DNA of 64,000 nucleotides from an uncultured Chloroflexia bacterium (GTDB lineage: Bacteria; Chloroflexota; UBA6077; JACCZL01). This document shows positions 23,421 to 33,872 of this stretch, in pieces (the stretch's first letter is position 1; each line of letters begins with the position of its first letter). The position numbers and the translations under genes were made by a program. Where the stretch lies: contig CAVXYC010000027.1 of the NCBI GenBank assembly GCA_963765765.1, positions 160,001 through 224,000 on the forward strand, given 5' to 3'. Under the pieces are notes generated by a model. It saw nothing but the letters and a program-made list of their open reading frames with translations, was not told the DNA's origin and ran no database searches.

Positions 23421-25096
23421 CTACTCAATCGCGAAGATGATGGCGGTGCCATCTCGATAAACGATGCGCATCCCGGGGTCCGCCGCTGCAACATCGTAGA
23501 AGGAATAGTGATCGCGATCGGTGAGCACGATCTTGCTTCCGAACGTGTCGCGTATGAGGCTGGATGGCAGGTCAATTTGACCTCGCGTAATGGCGCGCCA
23601 GGTGAGGTAAAGGTCAGGCTGGTATTGGTACATGTACGTGGGGTCTAGACCGATTAGATACGTGTTGTGCGTGTTCTGATAAAAGAGCACCGGAAAGTCG
23701 TCCCAATCCGTAGTGAAGACGCGAGATCCGGCCGGCGTGTTGCCTCCAGCCACTGACCGGCCCCCGCGAACGTATCCGCGGATCGTGAGGCACGCGCCGA
23801 ATTCTGAGCAGAGGTAATGGTAGGCCGCAGCAACGCAACGGTCCCTGCCAGGAGCAGCACCCAGGCAAGAGCCCATAGCCCTGCCTGGACTGATCGTGGC
23901 ACGCGCGCTCGAATTCGCTCTCGAAGCACACTGGGAATTTGAAACGACCAGGCGAATGCGCAAAAAAGAACGGCGAACGCAGGTTGATACTCCACAAACC
24001 TACGTGAGCGGAGAAGCAGCACGGTAAAGAACGTGGCAAGGAGCGCCAGTGCGACAACTCGTCCATCCCAGCGTCGTTCGTACCGTAATGTTGCGATTAG
24101 CGGAATGAAACCAACCGCTACCGCGGCCAGAGAAGCGCCCGCGGCCCGTAGGAGCGCCGAGCGTTCGTACGGGTACCACTCATTACCCACGCCGACGATG
24201 AAGTCCCCGACCGGCACTAACTTGGGCAGCGCATGTTCGATGGCGAAGGTGAGGCTGCGCGGCGTGTAGGGATTAACGATCAAGCCAAGAATCACGCCAG
24301 CCGTCGCAAAGCCCAGGAGCGATAGATGCGGCAAGTTTCTTCGCACCAAATCTCGAATGGCCCCCCGTCCGGAGAAACTCACCTCACCGCGCACTGCGAC
24401 GGAGAGCCAGCGCAACGCCCGTCCATAGACCCCGTCATCCACCCAGCGTCCCAGCATGAGGAACGCAGCCACGATCATGAACAACAAAAACCCGTCGTAA
24501 ACCCACGAGAACACAAACCCCGTGAGGAGGGCGAATCGGTCACGCCGTGAGAAGGCGACTACGATAAGGGCAACAAACAGAATCAATACGATCGCCTGCC
24601 GGCGCGTCATGCTCAATCGATAGAGAAATGCCCCGGATACTCCTAATAGCAGTAGCAGCCAGAGAAGGCTCCAACGCACCCGCTGCCAGTACATCAGCCC
24701 GTAGACGACGAGCGCGGCGATACTTGCGAACGAGGCCGCGGCCAGCTTTGCGCCTAATCGCAGATCGAGAAGCGTGAACGGCTCCAGGAGAATATGGAAG
24801 AGTAAATGGTGATCGGTGAATTGGGCTGGATTCAAGATGGTCAACTGAAGCCACGGGAAATAAATCGGCGCCGGGATCACGTTCTGGCGCATGATCTCGG
24901 CGATTTTTATGTGGAAGTAGCCATCAACTCCCATGATGTTCGGTGTCGACCACTGGATCTCGCTGAAAATCAGCGCGACACACAGAATCGCGGGCGTCAT
25001 TTTGAGCCACGACTCTCTCTCGAGGAGCTCAGAAAGCCAGTCCAACAGGCTCGTAAAGGTTGCGGACTTGGATGTAGAAAGCTCGGATTCACTCAT
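23421..25096 (-). CDS. Polytopic membrane protein, GT-C-like (frameshift near 23745)
   Basis: DGYFH, GNEWYP, SRRFVEY; C-terminal VFTTDWDDFP..GLDPTY segment in a second frame. Confidence 0.65.
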
Positions 25097-25221
25097 AGCA
25101 CTGTTGAGACGTGCGAGCCCGCATGGCTGAGGCCACAGCATCAAGGATACGGGATGTGCAATGGGCTATTCGCATGACTAGCGAAATACCGCGGACGGCC
25201 AGTTTAACAACGAGAGGGAAG

Positions 25222-25914
25222 ATGGATCCCGCGGTCATTCTCGCATCGCAGTCGCCTAGGCGCATGCTCCTTCTTCCAATTGTCTGCGGAGTTGTCGGTA
25301 CCGTTTCGCCCGATGTCGATGAGTCGCCTGCTCTGGGAGAGACGTCCGAGGAGCTGGCCCTTCGGCTGGCAAAAGCGAAACTTGATCGAGCTCGATCGAT
25401 GCTCGAAGTTAGCTTTGACAATGTGAGCATCGTGGCGGCAGACACGGTCGTGGCGCTCAAAGGAATACCGTTGGGCAAGCCAACGTGTGAGTCCGAAGCG
25501 CGCGACATGCTTACGAACCTCAGGGGACGATCACATACCGTCATCACGGCGGTGGCAATGGGCCAAGCTCGCTCAGAGTCTGTCACCGATGACCGAGTAG
25601 CCATCGTGGCCACTGAAGTTGAGATGCGTGAGCTCGACAACGAAGAGATCGAGCAGTACATCGCACGCGGCGAGCCGTTCGACAAGGCCGGCGGCTATGC
25701 AATCCAGGATGCTCAGCTTCGACCAGTCGAGGCCGTACGGGGCTGCTTTCCGAATGTTGTTGGGCTCCCACTCTGTGCCGTCCAGGCGATGCTCGAGAAT
25801 GATTCTGTCTCAGGCTCGTTTGCGCCAACCAATACACCATGCGAGCTATGTAGAGCCGCTTCCGAGGCACTGAACGAGCATGGATTCTGGGCCCTGTTGA
25901 GTAGTTGTCACTAG
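25222..25914 (+). CDS. maf: Maf family nucleotide pyrophosphatase
   Basis: ILASQSPRR, ADTVV, GKP, DKAGGYAIQ, NVVGLP. Confidence 0.93.
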   Translation: MDPAVILASQSPRRMLLLPIVCGVVGTVSPDVDESPALGETSEELALRLAKAKLDRARSMLEVSFDNVSIVAADTVVALKGIPLGKPTCESEARDMLTNLRGRSHTVITAVAMGQARSESVTDDRVAIVATEVEMRELDNEEIEQYIARGEPFDKAGGYAIQDAQLRPVEAVRGCFPNVVGLPLCAVQAMLENDSVSGSFAPTNTPCELCRAASEALNEHGFWALLSSCH

Positions 25915-26113
25915 CTGAAGCCTACCGCGCGACCCGACCGGAGATTGTGGCATTCATGGCAGTAAAGCGAAGGATGACACAGAGACCGGGGTTGCGTGAC
26001 GCGGTTCTTCATCGCTTGGGCAGCAAGAATCGCCCAACGAGCGCGAGTACGGTAACATACGGACAACCGAGCATGAGGCGGCAGCCGGCTTCCATGAAGC
26101 AGCCGAATTATTA

Positions 26114-28339
26114 CTATCGCGAGCGGCTGGTAGCGGTTGGCTGAGTGGCCGGAGCGTTGGTTGGCTTTGCTGGGGCCGGCGTGGGGTTCGCGGCAGCCGC
26201 AGTGGGGTTCGCGGCAGCCGCGGTTGGCTTGGCGGGCGCCGCGGTTGGCGCTGCAGTAGGAGCAACTGACTTAGGCGCGGCCGTAGGCTGCGCCGCTGGA
26301 GGCGCCGTAGGCTTTGCCGCCGAGGGCGCAGAGGTTGGCTGTGATGGTCTCGCGGTCGGTTGAGCCTGCGTTGTGGTTGCCGGTACGGCGGTACCCGATA
26401 CAGCGCTCGAGGCAGGCGCATTGACGCTTTCGGTGCGCGGCGCACTGGCCGGCGCACCGCCGGTGCCAACCATAATGACGTTCCTGGCAGGACGATACCG
26501 ACTCGTCATGCGAAGTGTCCGCTCATCACCGTCATTCGGGATAACACGGCGAACGACTGTCGAAGCAAACCCCGCCTGGGCGCCCTCAACGGCGATTCTC
26601 TGCCCCTTTGGCATTGAAGGCTCTTCTTGAATAAGTGTGCCCACCACCGGATCCACTACATCCGTTTTTGGGAGCGATTCGACTTTTACTGTCCAGGGGG
26701 GTGGTGTTCCGTAAAGCGCGAAATTTACATTCAGCGATGCATCGATCCACGACTGCACCAGCAGGTAATTCTGGGTCGTGTTGATGAATTTGAAATCCAG
26801 ACCCGAATCCTCGTCAACCGTGGCGTCCAAGCCAACGATGTTGCGCGACGTATAGGACGGAATCCAGTAGAGGTGCCAGTTACGCTCCTCAATCTGATAG
26901 CCAGCCCAAAACACGGACTGGAACAGGGTTGTCGCCACCTGGCAGATGCCACCTGCGACGGAAGGAACGGTCTTATGCCCGGTCGAGGACGCGGCAATTC
27001 CCCAACCTACCTGGTATCCCGCGTCAAGACTTGTGGAGCCGACTTCCTTGTTGAAGGAGAACATTTCTCCAGGGGGCACCACAACACCGTTCAAGCGCGA
27101 CGCCGCCAGCTGGATGTTGTGCTTCTTTGGTGGAAGGCCGCTGGCAAAGTTGGTGCGCGAGCTTTCGATGAGAGATGTGATACCCAGCTTCGCCTTGTCC
27201 TCGACACGGACAGCGGCAGGCGCGACGGACACCGGGAGGTTGAGCACCCGCTCAGGGCCGGTGAGCTGAGCGGTCAGCAGATCCATCGTAGCGGGCCGTT
27301 CTAACTTTTGACCGTCCTTGGACTCGCGCAACACGTCCAGCGCTCCACCGGCCCAGCTGAATCGCGCGTCCTGGGGCTCCTGGTCGATCTCAGCAGCGAT
27401 CTGCTCCGTAAGCTTTTCAATGGCCGCCCGGTCGGTGTCTACGCTGACTCGCCCGTCCGCGTCCGTATTCATCTTCAGTGTCTTGACAAGCGCGCGTGAA
27501 TCCAGCTGCCACTGCTGATTCCCAAAACGCAGCGTAAGCGGCGAGCTCAAAACCTGGACGGCTTTGTTGCTCGCATCCGCAATCTTTTCATCGCCAACAC
27601 GCGGTGCCACCTCATTAACAGCGAGCTCGACTGTCTGCGGGCCTGGATGCGAGAGCGCCTCATCGAGTCGCCGCCAGGTGGCGTCCACATCAAGCTCACG
27701 GCCGACTTGAGAGCCTTGCTGATCGATCGAGCCGTCCGGACGAAATTCCAGCCGGGCGTCCACGACTGATCGATTCACTTGACCAGCCAGCTCCTCCACG
27801 AAGACAAGTCCAGCAGCAGAATCGTAAAGAACTCCTGCCGAATCGAGATTGCGTCCAGTCCGCCAGAGCGACACCTGCTGGACGAGCTGCGAGAGAATAT
27901 TACCTTCACGTCCAAGTTCATAAGCCGATTCAACAAGCGGCCGAACGTCACGCTTAAGTCCGAATTCGCCTCCGCGACGTTGCCATTCTTGATCCTGGAA
28001 GCGAAGCTTGATCACGCGACTGTCGAACGAATCCAGCACCTCGCTCAATGATGCCTGAGCTTGTTCCGGAGTCTGCCCACCCAGATCCACGCCCATGACG
28101 CGCACGCCAGGAAATACTCGTCCGGCGTAGGCGATCTGGAATCCAACGAGGAGCACAATGAGCGCCCCAACAGCCACGATGGCATTGACGCCAATGAAGC
28201 GGCTAGGAGATGTAAGGACCGTTCGAACGCTCTCGACACTGGGAGAATTAAGCTGGAAATCGCGATTCAATCCCGGGCCCTTACACTGAGGACGTGACGC
28301 ATGTCGCGACGGAGCGCGCCACGCTCGCAGCACGACCAC
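26114..28339 (-). CDS. VanW family protein with PG-binding-4 repeats and PTA-rich tail (start uncertain)
   Basis: NIQLAASRLNG..PGEMFSFN, GGICQVATTLF, ERNWH, DATV; N-terminal TM. Confidence 0.88.
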   Translation of the reverse strand: MVVLRAWRAPSRHASRPQCKGPGLNRDFQLNSPSVESVRTVLTSPSRFIGVNAIVAVGALIVLLVGFQIAYAGRVFPGVRVMGVDLGGQTPEQAQASLSEVLDSFDSRVIKLRFQDQEWQRRGGEFGLKRDVRPLVESAYELGREGNILSQLVQQVSLWRTGRNLDSAGVLYDSAAGLVFVEELAGQVNRSVVDARLEFRPDGSIDQQGSQVGRELDVDATWRRLDEALSHPGPQTVELAVNEVAPRVGDEKIADASNKAVQVLSSPLTLRFGNQQWQLDSRALVKTLKMNTDADGRVSVDTDRAAIEKLTEQIAAEIDQEPQDARFSWAGGALDVLRESKDGQKLERPATMDLLTAQLTGPERVLNLPVSVAPAAVRVEDKAKLGITSLIESSRTNFASGLPPKKHNIQLAASRLNGVVVPPGEMFSFNKEVGSTSLDAGYQVGWGIAASSTGHKTVPSVAGGICQVATTLFQSVFWAGYQIEERNWHLYWIPSYTSRNIVGLDATVDEDSGLDFKFINTTQNYLLVQSWIDASLNVNFALYGTPPPWTVKVESLPKTDVVDPVVGTLIQEEPSMPKGQRIAVEGAQAGFASTVVRRVIPNDGDERTLRMTSRYRPARNVIMVGTGGAPASAPRTESVNAPASSAVSGTAVPATTTQAQPTARPSQPTSAPSAAKPTAPPAAQPTAAPKSVAPTAAPTAAPAKPTAAAANPTAAAANPTPAPAKPTNAPATQPTATSRSR
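26130..26380 (-). repeat. Low-complexity (A/K/Q/N)PTAA(P) repeats in the VanW C-terminus
   Basis: QPTARPSQPTSAPSAAKPTAPPAAQPTAAP...NPTAAAANPT. Confidence 0.8.
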
Positions 28340-28421
28340 GATGGTACGAGGTTCGACGGAGCTTCGGCAATTTTCTTGACACCGAATTTATTGGGCGTTA
28401 TCGGGAGCTGGTATGACGCAT

Positions 28422-28790
28422 TCATCGCGATCGATCCCTCAGTATACGCACCGCGATGTCCCCAACCGGAGGCCCCGCAATTGGAGCATTCGGTTTATGG
28501 ACACAAACCTGAACGCTTGCCACGCTCGCGAACGCATTCAGCACTGATTCCGCGATTCTCCCGGCGAGTGTTTCGATGAGTCGAAATGGCTTGCCTTCCA
28601 CGATATCTCGCGCGCATTGAACCACTTGACCGTAGTCGACCCCGTGCTCCAGCTCATCGTGGTTCGATGCCGGCTGAAGATCCAGAAGAAGGACGAGATC
28701 CACGACAAATCGCTGGCCGAGCCGTTGCTCTTCCTCGTGAACACCGTGGTACCCGAAGCATTGAATGCCGCGGATCTCTATCGAGTCCAC
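28422..28790 (-). CDS. folB: Dihydroneopterin aldolase
   Basis: FGYHGVHEEEQRLGQRF, VDYG, LIETLA, HKPNAP. Confidence 0.95.
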   Translation of the reverse strand: MDSIEIRGIQCFGYHGVHEEEQRLGQRFVVDLVLLLDLQPASNHDELEHGVDYGQVVQCARDIVEGKPFRLIETLAGRIAESVLNAFASVASVQVCVHKPNAPIAGPPVGDIAVRILRDRSR

Positions 28791-28998
28791 TAAGAGCTGC
28801 CTCGATAGATGTCCGCGTTCGATACCCAGATCAATTCCTTACTTCCTCGGCACATACTAGCTGCTTTGTCCGGACCCACTGTTGATGCGACATCGATCCA
28901 CACCATGCTCAGCGGCCTGCGCTTGACGCGCGCCAGCCCCCCGGAGATAGTAGTCACGGGTTCCCGAACGGAGCTGTTCTTGTTGGAGAATTCAACGC

Positions 28999-30435
28999 AT
29001 GCCTCTACGCACCACTGCTGAATATCGTGCGAGCCTTCAGGACGCACGTCGCGTCTTCTTTCGCGGACAGCGCGTGGACGACGTTACCACCCATCCTGCT
29101 ATGGCTGAAGCCGTAACCCATGCGGCTATCGATTTCGAAATGGCGGAGCAGCCGGAGTTCCGAGACCTGGCTGTCGTCGGCTCTGGACCTGATGAGTACA
29201 GTCGATACTTCCATCTCCCCACAACGGCAGATGACCTTCTGAAACGTAGCGCTCTCATCGAGTCAGCCACGCGAGAGGGACGAACGCTCGTGGTGCTGAT
29301 CAAGGAAATCGGCACCGACGCCTTGTTCGGACTGCACCTGGCTACCAAGGCGATGGATGATGCCATCGGCACCTCGTATCTCCATCGCGTCCAGAGCTTT
29401 TTAGACATGTGTCGAGAAAAAGACCTTGCCCTCGCGGTAGCTCAAACGGACGTCAAGGGCGACCGGTCGCGCTCGCCCTCAGATCAATCTCATCCAGACT
29501 ACTACGTTCGCATCGTGGAACGAAGGCCGGACGGAATCGTCGTCTCAGGTGCAAAGGTCCACACGTCGGTCTCGGTCAATTCCAATGAGCTCATCGTCTT
29601 GCCCACCCGCGCGATGAGCGAGCGAGATGCCGACTACGCGGTGGCATTCGCGGTAACGCCAGACACGCCAGGGGTCACCCTGATCGCTAGCCCCCACGGT
29701 ACGGGCCCGCGCGATGCGTTTGAGCGTCCACTCTCATCGGGTCGAAAAATGTTCGAGACACTCACGGTGTTCGAGAACGTTTTCGTCCCCAACGAGCGAG
29801 TCTTTCTCGCCGGGGAGTGGCAGTTCGCCGGGCCTGTAGCCGTGGATTTCGTGGAGTTCCACCGATTCACGGCAATTTCATACAAGCTCCCGCTAGTAGA
29901 CCTGCTGGTGGGCTCGGCGTTTCTGCTCGCCCAGTACAACGGGCTGACGCGCGTCAGTCACATTCGTGACAAGCTAGCGCGGCTGGTCGCATACGCAGAG
30001 ACACTGCGAGCGCTCACTCACGCCGCCGCGGCGCAATGCCATATGAAAGCGCCGGGCCTGGCCGTACCCGATCCGATGCTGGTGAACCTTGCCAAGCTGC
30101 ACTTCGCCAGCGGCTACCACCAGGCCGTGAGCTGGGCACAGGACATCGCCGGCGGCTTGCTCGTCACCGGTCCGGCGGCAGAAGACCTCAAGAGCCCCGA
30201 AACGCGCGGCTACATTGAGAAATACTTCGGCGCGGGCGAAGTTACGGCGGAGGCTCGACTTAGGGCCATGAATGTGCTGGCCGATCTCACGGCCTCAGAT
30301 TTTGGCGGCTACCAGGAGGTCCTCGCTGTGCATGCCGAGGGCTCGATCGAGGCGGAGAAGCTCACCGCGCTGCGGAACTACAATTCAAATGAAACCATGG
30401 CCTATGCGATGCGCATGGCTGGAATCGACGAGTAG
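28999..30435 (+). CDS. 4-hydroxybutyryl-CoA dehydratase / HpaB fold flavoprotein
   Basis: AQTDVKGDRS, YVRIVERRPDGIVVSGAKVH, FENVFVPNERVF. Confidence 0.85.
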   Translation: MPLRTTAEYRASLQDARRVFFRGQRVDDVTTHPAMAEAVTHAAIDFEMAEQPEFRDLAVVGSGPDEYSRYFHLPTTADDLLKRSALIESATREGRTLVVLIKEIGTDALFGLHLATKAMDDAIGTSYLHRVQSFLDMCREKDLALAVAQTDVKGDRSRSPSDQSHPDYYVRIVERRPDGIVVSGAKVHTSVSVNSNELIVLPTRAMSERDADYAVAFAVTPDTPGVTLIASPHGTGPRDAFERPLSSGRKMFETLTVFENVFVPNERVFLAGEWQFAGPVAVDFVEFHRFTAISYKLPLVDLLVGSAFLLAQYNGLTRVSHIRDKLARLVAYAETLRALTHAAAAQCHMKAPGLAVPDPMLVNLAKLHFASGYHQAVSWAQDIAGGLLVTGPAAEDLKSPETRGYIEKYFGAGEVTAEARLRAMNVLADLTASDFGGYQEVLAVHAEGSIEAEKLTALRNYNSNETMAYAMRMAGIDE

Positions 30436-30514
30436 CGAGTTGACAGTGAGCTGTCATCATTCCACCGCGAGCCGTTAACTGCCGACTGTGAACGCTTAAT
30501 TGCTGGAGGTATCT

Positions 30515-31855
30515 GTGATCGATCCGCGCGCGGAATTCTGGGACGAAAAGATTGAGACAATCAGCCGCGACGAGCTTGCCAACTTGCAGCTACAAAAGCT
30601 GCAGTGGCAGGTTCAGCGCTGTTGGGATGGCTCTGAATTCTACCGCGCGCGGCTCGAGCAGGTGGGAGCCACTCCATCCGACATTCAATCGCTAGACGAC
30701 GTGCGAAAAATCCCAATCGTTACCAAGCAACAGCTACGAGATGAGCAGCTCGCCCATCCGCCCTACGGTCGGTACACAGTGGGAGCTCGAGCTAACTGGA
30801 GTGAGCTCCATCCGTCCACCGGAACAACTGGGGTCCCGGTGAGCACCATCTGGTCCCAGGCGGATTGCGAGAATATCACTCAGTTCACGGCCAGAACCAT
30901 GTGGTCATTTGGCGTGCGGCCAGGCGCCATCGTGCAGAACGCGTTCGCCTACGGATTGTGGGTGGCCGGCATGTCGGTGCACTATGCCGCCAAGCGGATG
31001 GGCTGCTTCGTCATCCCCATTGGAGCCGCGCTCACCAACAGACAGATCGATTATCTGCTGGCCGGATCCACGGTTCTTCTCGCCACCCCGTCGTACGCGC
31101 TCCACATCGCGGAAGCACTTCGGGAGCATGGCGTAGCGCCGGACGACATTACGTTGGAGCTGGGCTGCTTTGGCGGAGAGGCGGGGACGGAAAATGCGTC
31201 CACTCGCGGGAAGATCGAGCGCGGTCTCGGAATCGATGCGTATGACTACTACGGGTTGGCAGAGATCGGCCCAACCTTCGCCTCGGAATGCGTCGCAAAA
31301 GTCGGCATCCACTGGGCTGAAGACCATCATCTGATTGAGATCATCAATCCCGACACCATGGAACCATGCGCGGAGGGCGAAATTGGCGTGGTAGTCATTA
31401 CTCACCTGAGTCGCGAGGCTACCCCGATGCTTCGCTACTGGAGCAATGACTACGCTCGCTACACATCCGCACGCTGCGATTGCGGACGAACACATGGCCG
31501 CTCCCTGGGCGGCATCATGGGGCGACACGATGATCTGGTGATCTATCGCGGTGCCAAGTTCTATCCCGTGCAGGTTGAAAAGGTCGTCCGATCCTTCGGA
31601 GAGCTCTCAGACGAATTCCGCATTGAGCTCGCTCGCGATGAGAACGTCGGCACGGATCGCTGCACCGTGGTTGCTGAAGTGAACCAGGTCAGCGATGAGT
31701 CCGTCCTTGCACGATTACGTAGCGCCCTACGGGAAGAGCTCCTGGTCACGCCGGACATTCGTTTGGAACAATTCGGGACACTCGAGCGCACGACGTTCAA
31801 GGCACAGCGTATCGTGGACTTGCGACCTAAGAATGAGGGCCCGGGGCAGGCCTGA
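30515..31855 (+). CDS. Phenylacetate-CoA ligase family protein
   Basis: STGTTG, YGLAEIGP, CDCGRT, GRHDDL; GGAGG SD plus GTG. Confidence 0.88.
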   Translation: MIDPRAEFWDEKIETISRDELANLQLQKLQWQVQRCWDGSEFYRARLEQVGATPSDIQSLDDVRKIPIVTKQQLRDEQLAHPPYGRYTVGARANWSELHPSTGTTGVPVSTIWSQADCENITQFTARTMWSFGVRPGAIVQNAFAYGLWVAGMSVHYAAKRMGCFVIPIGAALTNRQIDYLLAGSTVLLATPSYALHIAEALREHGVAPDDITLELGCFGGEAGTENASTRGKIERGLGIDAYDYYGLAEIGPTFASECVAKVGIHWAEDHHLIEIINPDTMEPCAEGEIGVVVITHLSREATPMLRYWSNDYARYTSARCDCGRTHGRSLGGIMGRHDDLVIYRGAKFYPVQVEKVVRSFGELSDEFRIELARDENVGTDRCTVVAEVNQVSDESVLARLRSALREELLVTPDIRLEQFGTLERTTFKAQRIVDLRPKNEGPGQA

Positions 31856-31965
31856 TCAAACTTGAGCTGAGCGAAACTCAGCCTTCCTGGTTTGAGAGTG
31901 GGAAATCAATGAAGCCTCGATTAGTGAGCGCATTTCAAGGTACTCCTCGCGGTTAGACTCTTAGG

Positions 31966-32922
31966 ATGCCTTCGTCACTCCCCTCGACGCAGGTCCGGGG
32001 CATCTACGCCACGGCACTTTCGTCACTGCTCGTCGATCTCGACGTTCCCATTGCCAACCCGTCGCCGGTGATCCAGAAGCGGCTGGGACTCGGCAGCTCC
32101 CCGAACGTTGCTGCCGTGCAGTTGAGGGACCGGGAAGATCGGCAGGGGATCACGTTGGACGGTGGAGAGAGAGATGTCCGCACCCTCCTCGAGTTGCTCA
32201 GGGTGGCGTTCCCGCGCGCGGTAAGCCGGGCAGCGCGCGATCATAGGACATGGTCGTTAGAGTTCCCAGCATCGGTCAAAGCGGAGCTCGACGACCGGAG
32301 GCGCCGGATTCTTCCAACAGTCATGCTCCATCATCAACTCAAGATGGTCGCATCTGAGCGCGTCGATGCTGCCGAACGTCAGCTCGCGAAGGAGCCGGAT
32401 CGGCTCGATACTATAAGTGCTGCGTTGCAACGGGACCTGGTGGATCGACACATTCGACCAGGCACGCGAATAAGTGTCGAGCACGTGAAGCCAGCGGGCC
32501 AGGAGTATGACCTCAAGGGCATGGTGGGCTCATACGACGGGCGAAACCTCCGTGTGGATCGTCGGTTTTACCCCGGGGGAAATTACGACTCGCTTGACGT
32601 TCCGCGCATGTCGGGCGACTTTGGCAGAGTGGACATCGAGATTGGCTCCGGCATTGCCGTCCGACAATACTTTCGCGCCGACGGTCGCCACCTGGGCGAT
32701 CTCTATAACCTGGCCACCGCGGCAGAGCTCTATCCCGGTCGCGTACGCTACGTGGACCTTGAGCTCGATGTCCTGCACATGCCCGGTGAGCCTCCAAGAG
32801 TGGTGGACGAAGCGGACCTGGAACGCGCGTACCAACGTGGCTTCCTCACCGATGCGCTTGTCGATGACGCCTGGTCACTCGCGAGTCAGGTGATGGACAG
32901 GATTGAAAGCCGATCGGACTGA
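31966..32922 (+). CDS. FAU-1-like / DUF402 RNA-binding protein
   Basis: VRGIYATAL N-terminal FAU-1 motif; YNL..AELYP..VRYVDLELDV DUF402 motif. Confidence 0.75.
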   Translation: MPSSLPSTQVRGIYATALSSLLVDLDVPIANPSPVIQKRLGLGSSPNVAAVQLRDREDRQGITLDGGERDVRTLLELLRVAFPRAVSRAARDHRTWSLEFPASVKAELDDRRRRILPTVMLHHQLKMVASERVDAAERQLAKEPDRLDTISAALQRDLVDRHIRPGTRISVEHVKPAGQEYDLKGMVGSYDGRNLRVDRRFYPGGNYDSLDVPRMSGDFGRVDIEIGSGIAVRQYFRADGRHLGDLYNLATAAELYPGRVRYVDLELDVLHMPGEPPRVVDEADLERAYQRGFLTDALVDDAWSLASQVMDRIESRSD

Positions 32923-32940
32923 TCAGCGCGAGGGCCGTGC

Positions 32941-32994
32941 CTCACAAGAGCCGTAGATCGAGGTCGCTACGCGCTCCACGGCTCTTGTGATGAG
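32941..32994. terminator. Hairpin, probable bidirectional terminator
   Basis: TCACAAGAGCCGT ... ACGGCTCTTGTGA. Confidence 0.6.
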
Positions 32995-33006
32995 ATCGAT
33001 TAACTC

Positions 33007-33150
33007 TTAGACCTTCCCGTAATCGTGCTTGACAGCGGCCGGGACGTCTTCGGAACGCACGTTGTAGCCGAGAGCGCCTTCACGTGGAAGAGTGATCCAG
33101 TGGGTATTCCTGGCTGGGTCTCGAACAGTACCGCATGGGGTCCTGGCCAT
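33007..33150 (-). CDS. Possible 47-aa small protein
   Basis: MARTPCGTVRDPARNTHWITLPREGALGYNVRSEDVPAAVKHDYGKV; GGAAGG SD; hairpin follows the stop. Confidence 0.35.
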   Translation of the reverse strand: MARTPCGTVRDPARNTHWITLPREGALGYNVRSEDVPAAVKHDYGKV

Positions 33151-33458
33151 TTTCGACCTTCCCGATCTCCGACATGATCAGACAGCGATCCAGAATCACG
33201 CCCTTGTCGGAGGAGCCAAGACGCTGTGTCTCGCGGGCCGAGATAGCGCCCTGGGTGAGTTTCCACCGGGCGTGCCAGGCCCGACGCGAGGCAGCCGCTC
33301 ATTGGCTTCTTTTGTGAGCTAAAAATCCACTTAGCCCGTACTGGCCTACATGTAACGCAGGCCAGTTCGTGAAAGGGATTTGTTGGCGGTCTGAAGCACT
33401 GCTTAGTGCTTGCTAAAGTGCATTGACTCAAGTTCTGCGCAATGAGGAGCGCGGAGGT

Positions 33459-33839
33459 TCAGACGCTGCCTAGTGCCTCGCGCACGGCCGAGCTGAGCTC
33501 CTCGAGATCGAACGGCTTGGCAACGCAGCCAACCGCGCCGAGACGCTCGGCTCGCTCGGCAATTGTGCCGGCGGCGCTCATGACGATGAGCAGTGGTGGC
33601 CTTGGAGAACGCGCACGCATACCAGCAACGAACTCCTCGCCGGTCATGACGGGCAGCCCCATATCTAGGAGTACGACATCCGGCTTCCAGGAGAGCATTT
33701 TCTCCAACCCGGACTTGCCATCCGACTCGGTCGCAACCTCGAAGCCCTCCTCCTCCAGCACGATCCTGGCAATATCGCGCAGGTCTGGCTCATCTTCCAC
33801 CACGAGCACGCGGGCGGGGGTAACCCGGCTATCGCTCAT
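33459..33839 (-). CDS. Single-domain response regulator
   Basis: VLVVEDE, LLDMGLP, KPF. Confidence 0.9.
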   Translation of the reverse strand: MSDSRVTPARVLVVEDEPDLRDIARIVLEEEGFEVATESDGKSGLEKMLSWKPDVVLLDMGLPVMTGEEFVAGMRARSPRPPLLIVMSAAGTIAERAERLGAVGCVAKPFDLEELSSAVREALGSV

Positions 33840-33872
33840 AGGTATAGAGGGCAATCAAAGACGGTTGCTGGC

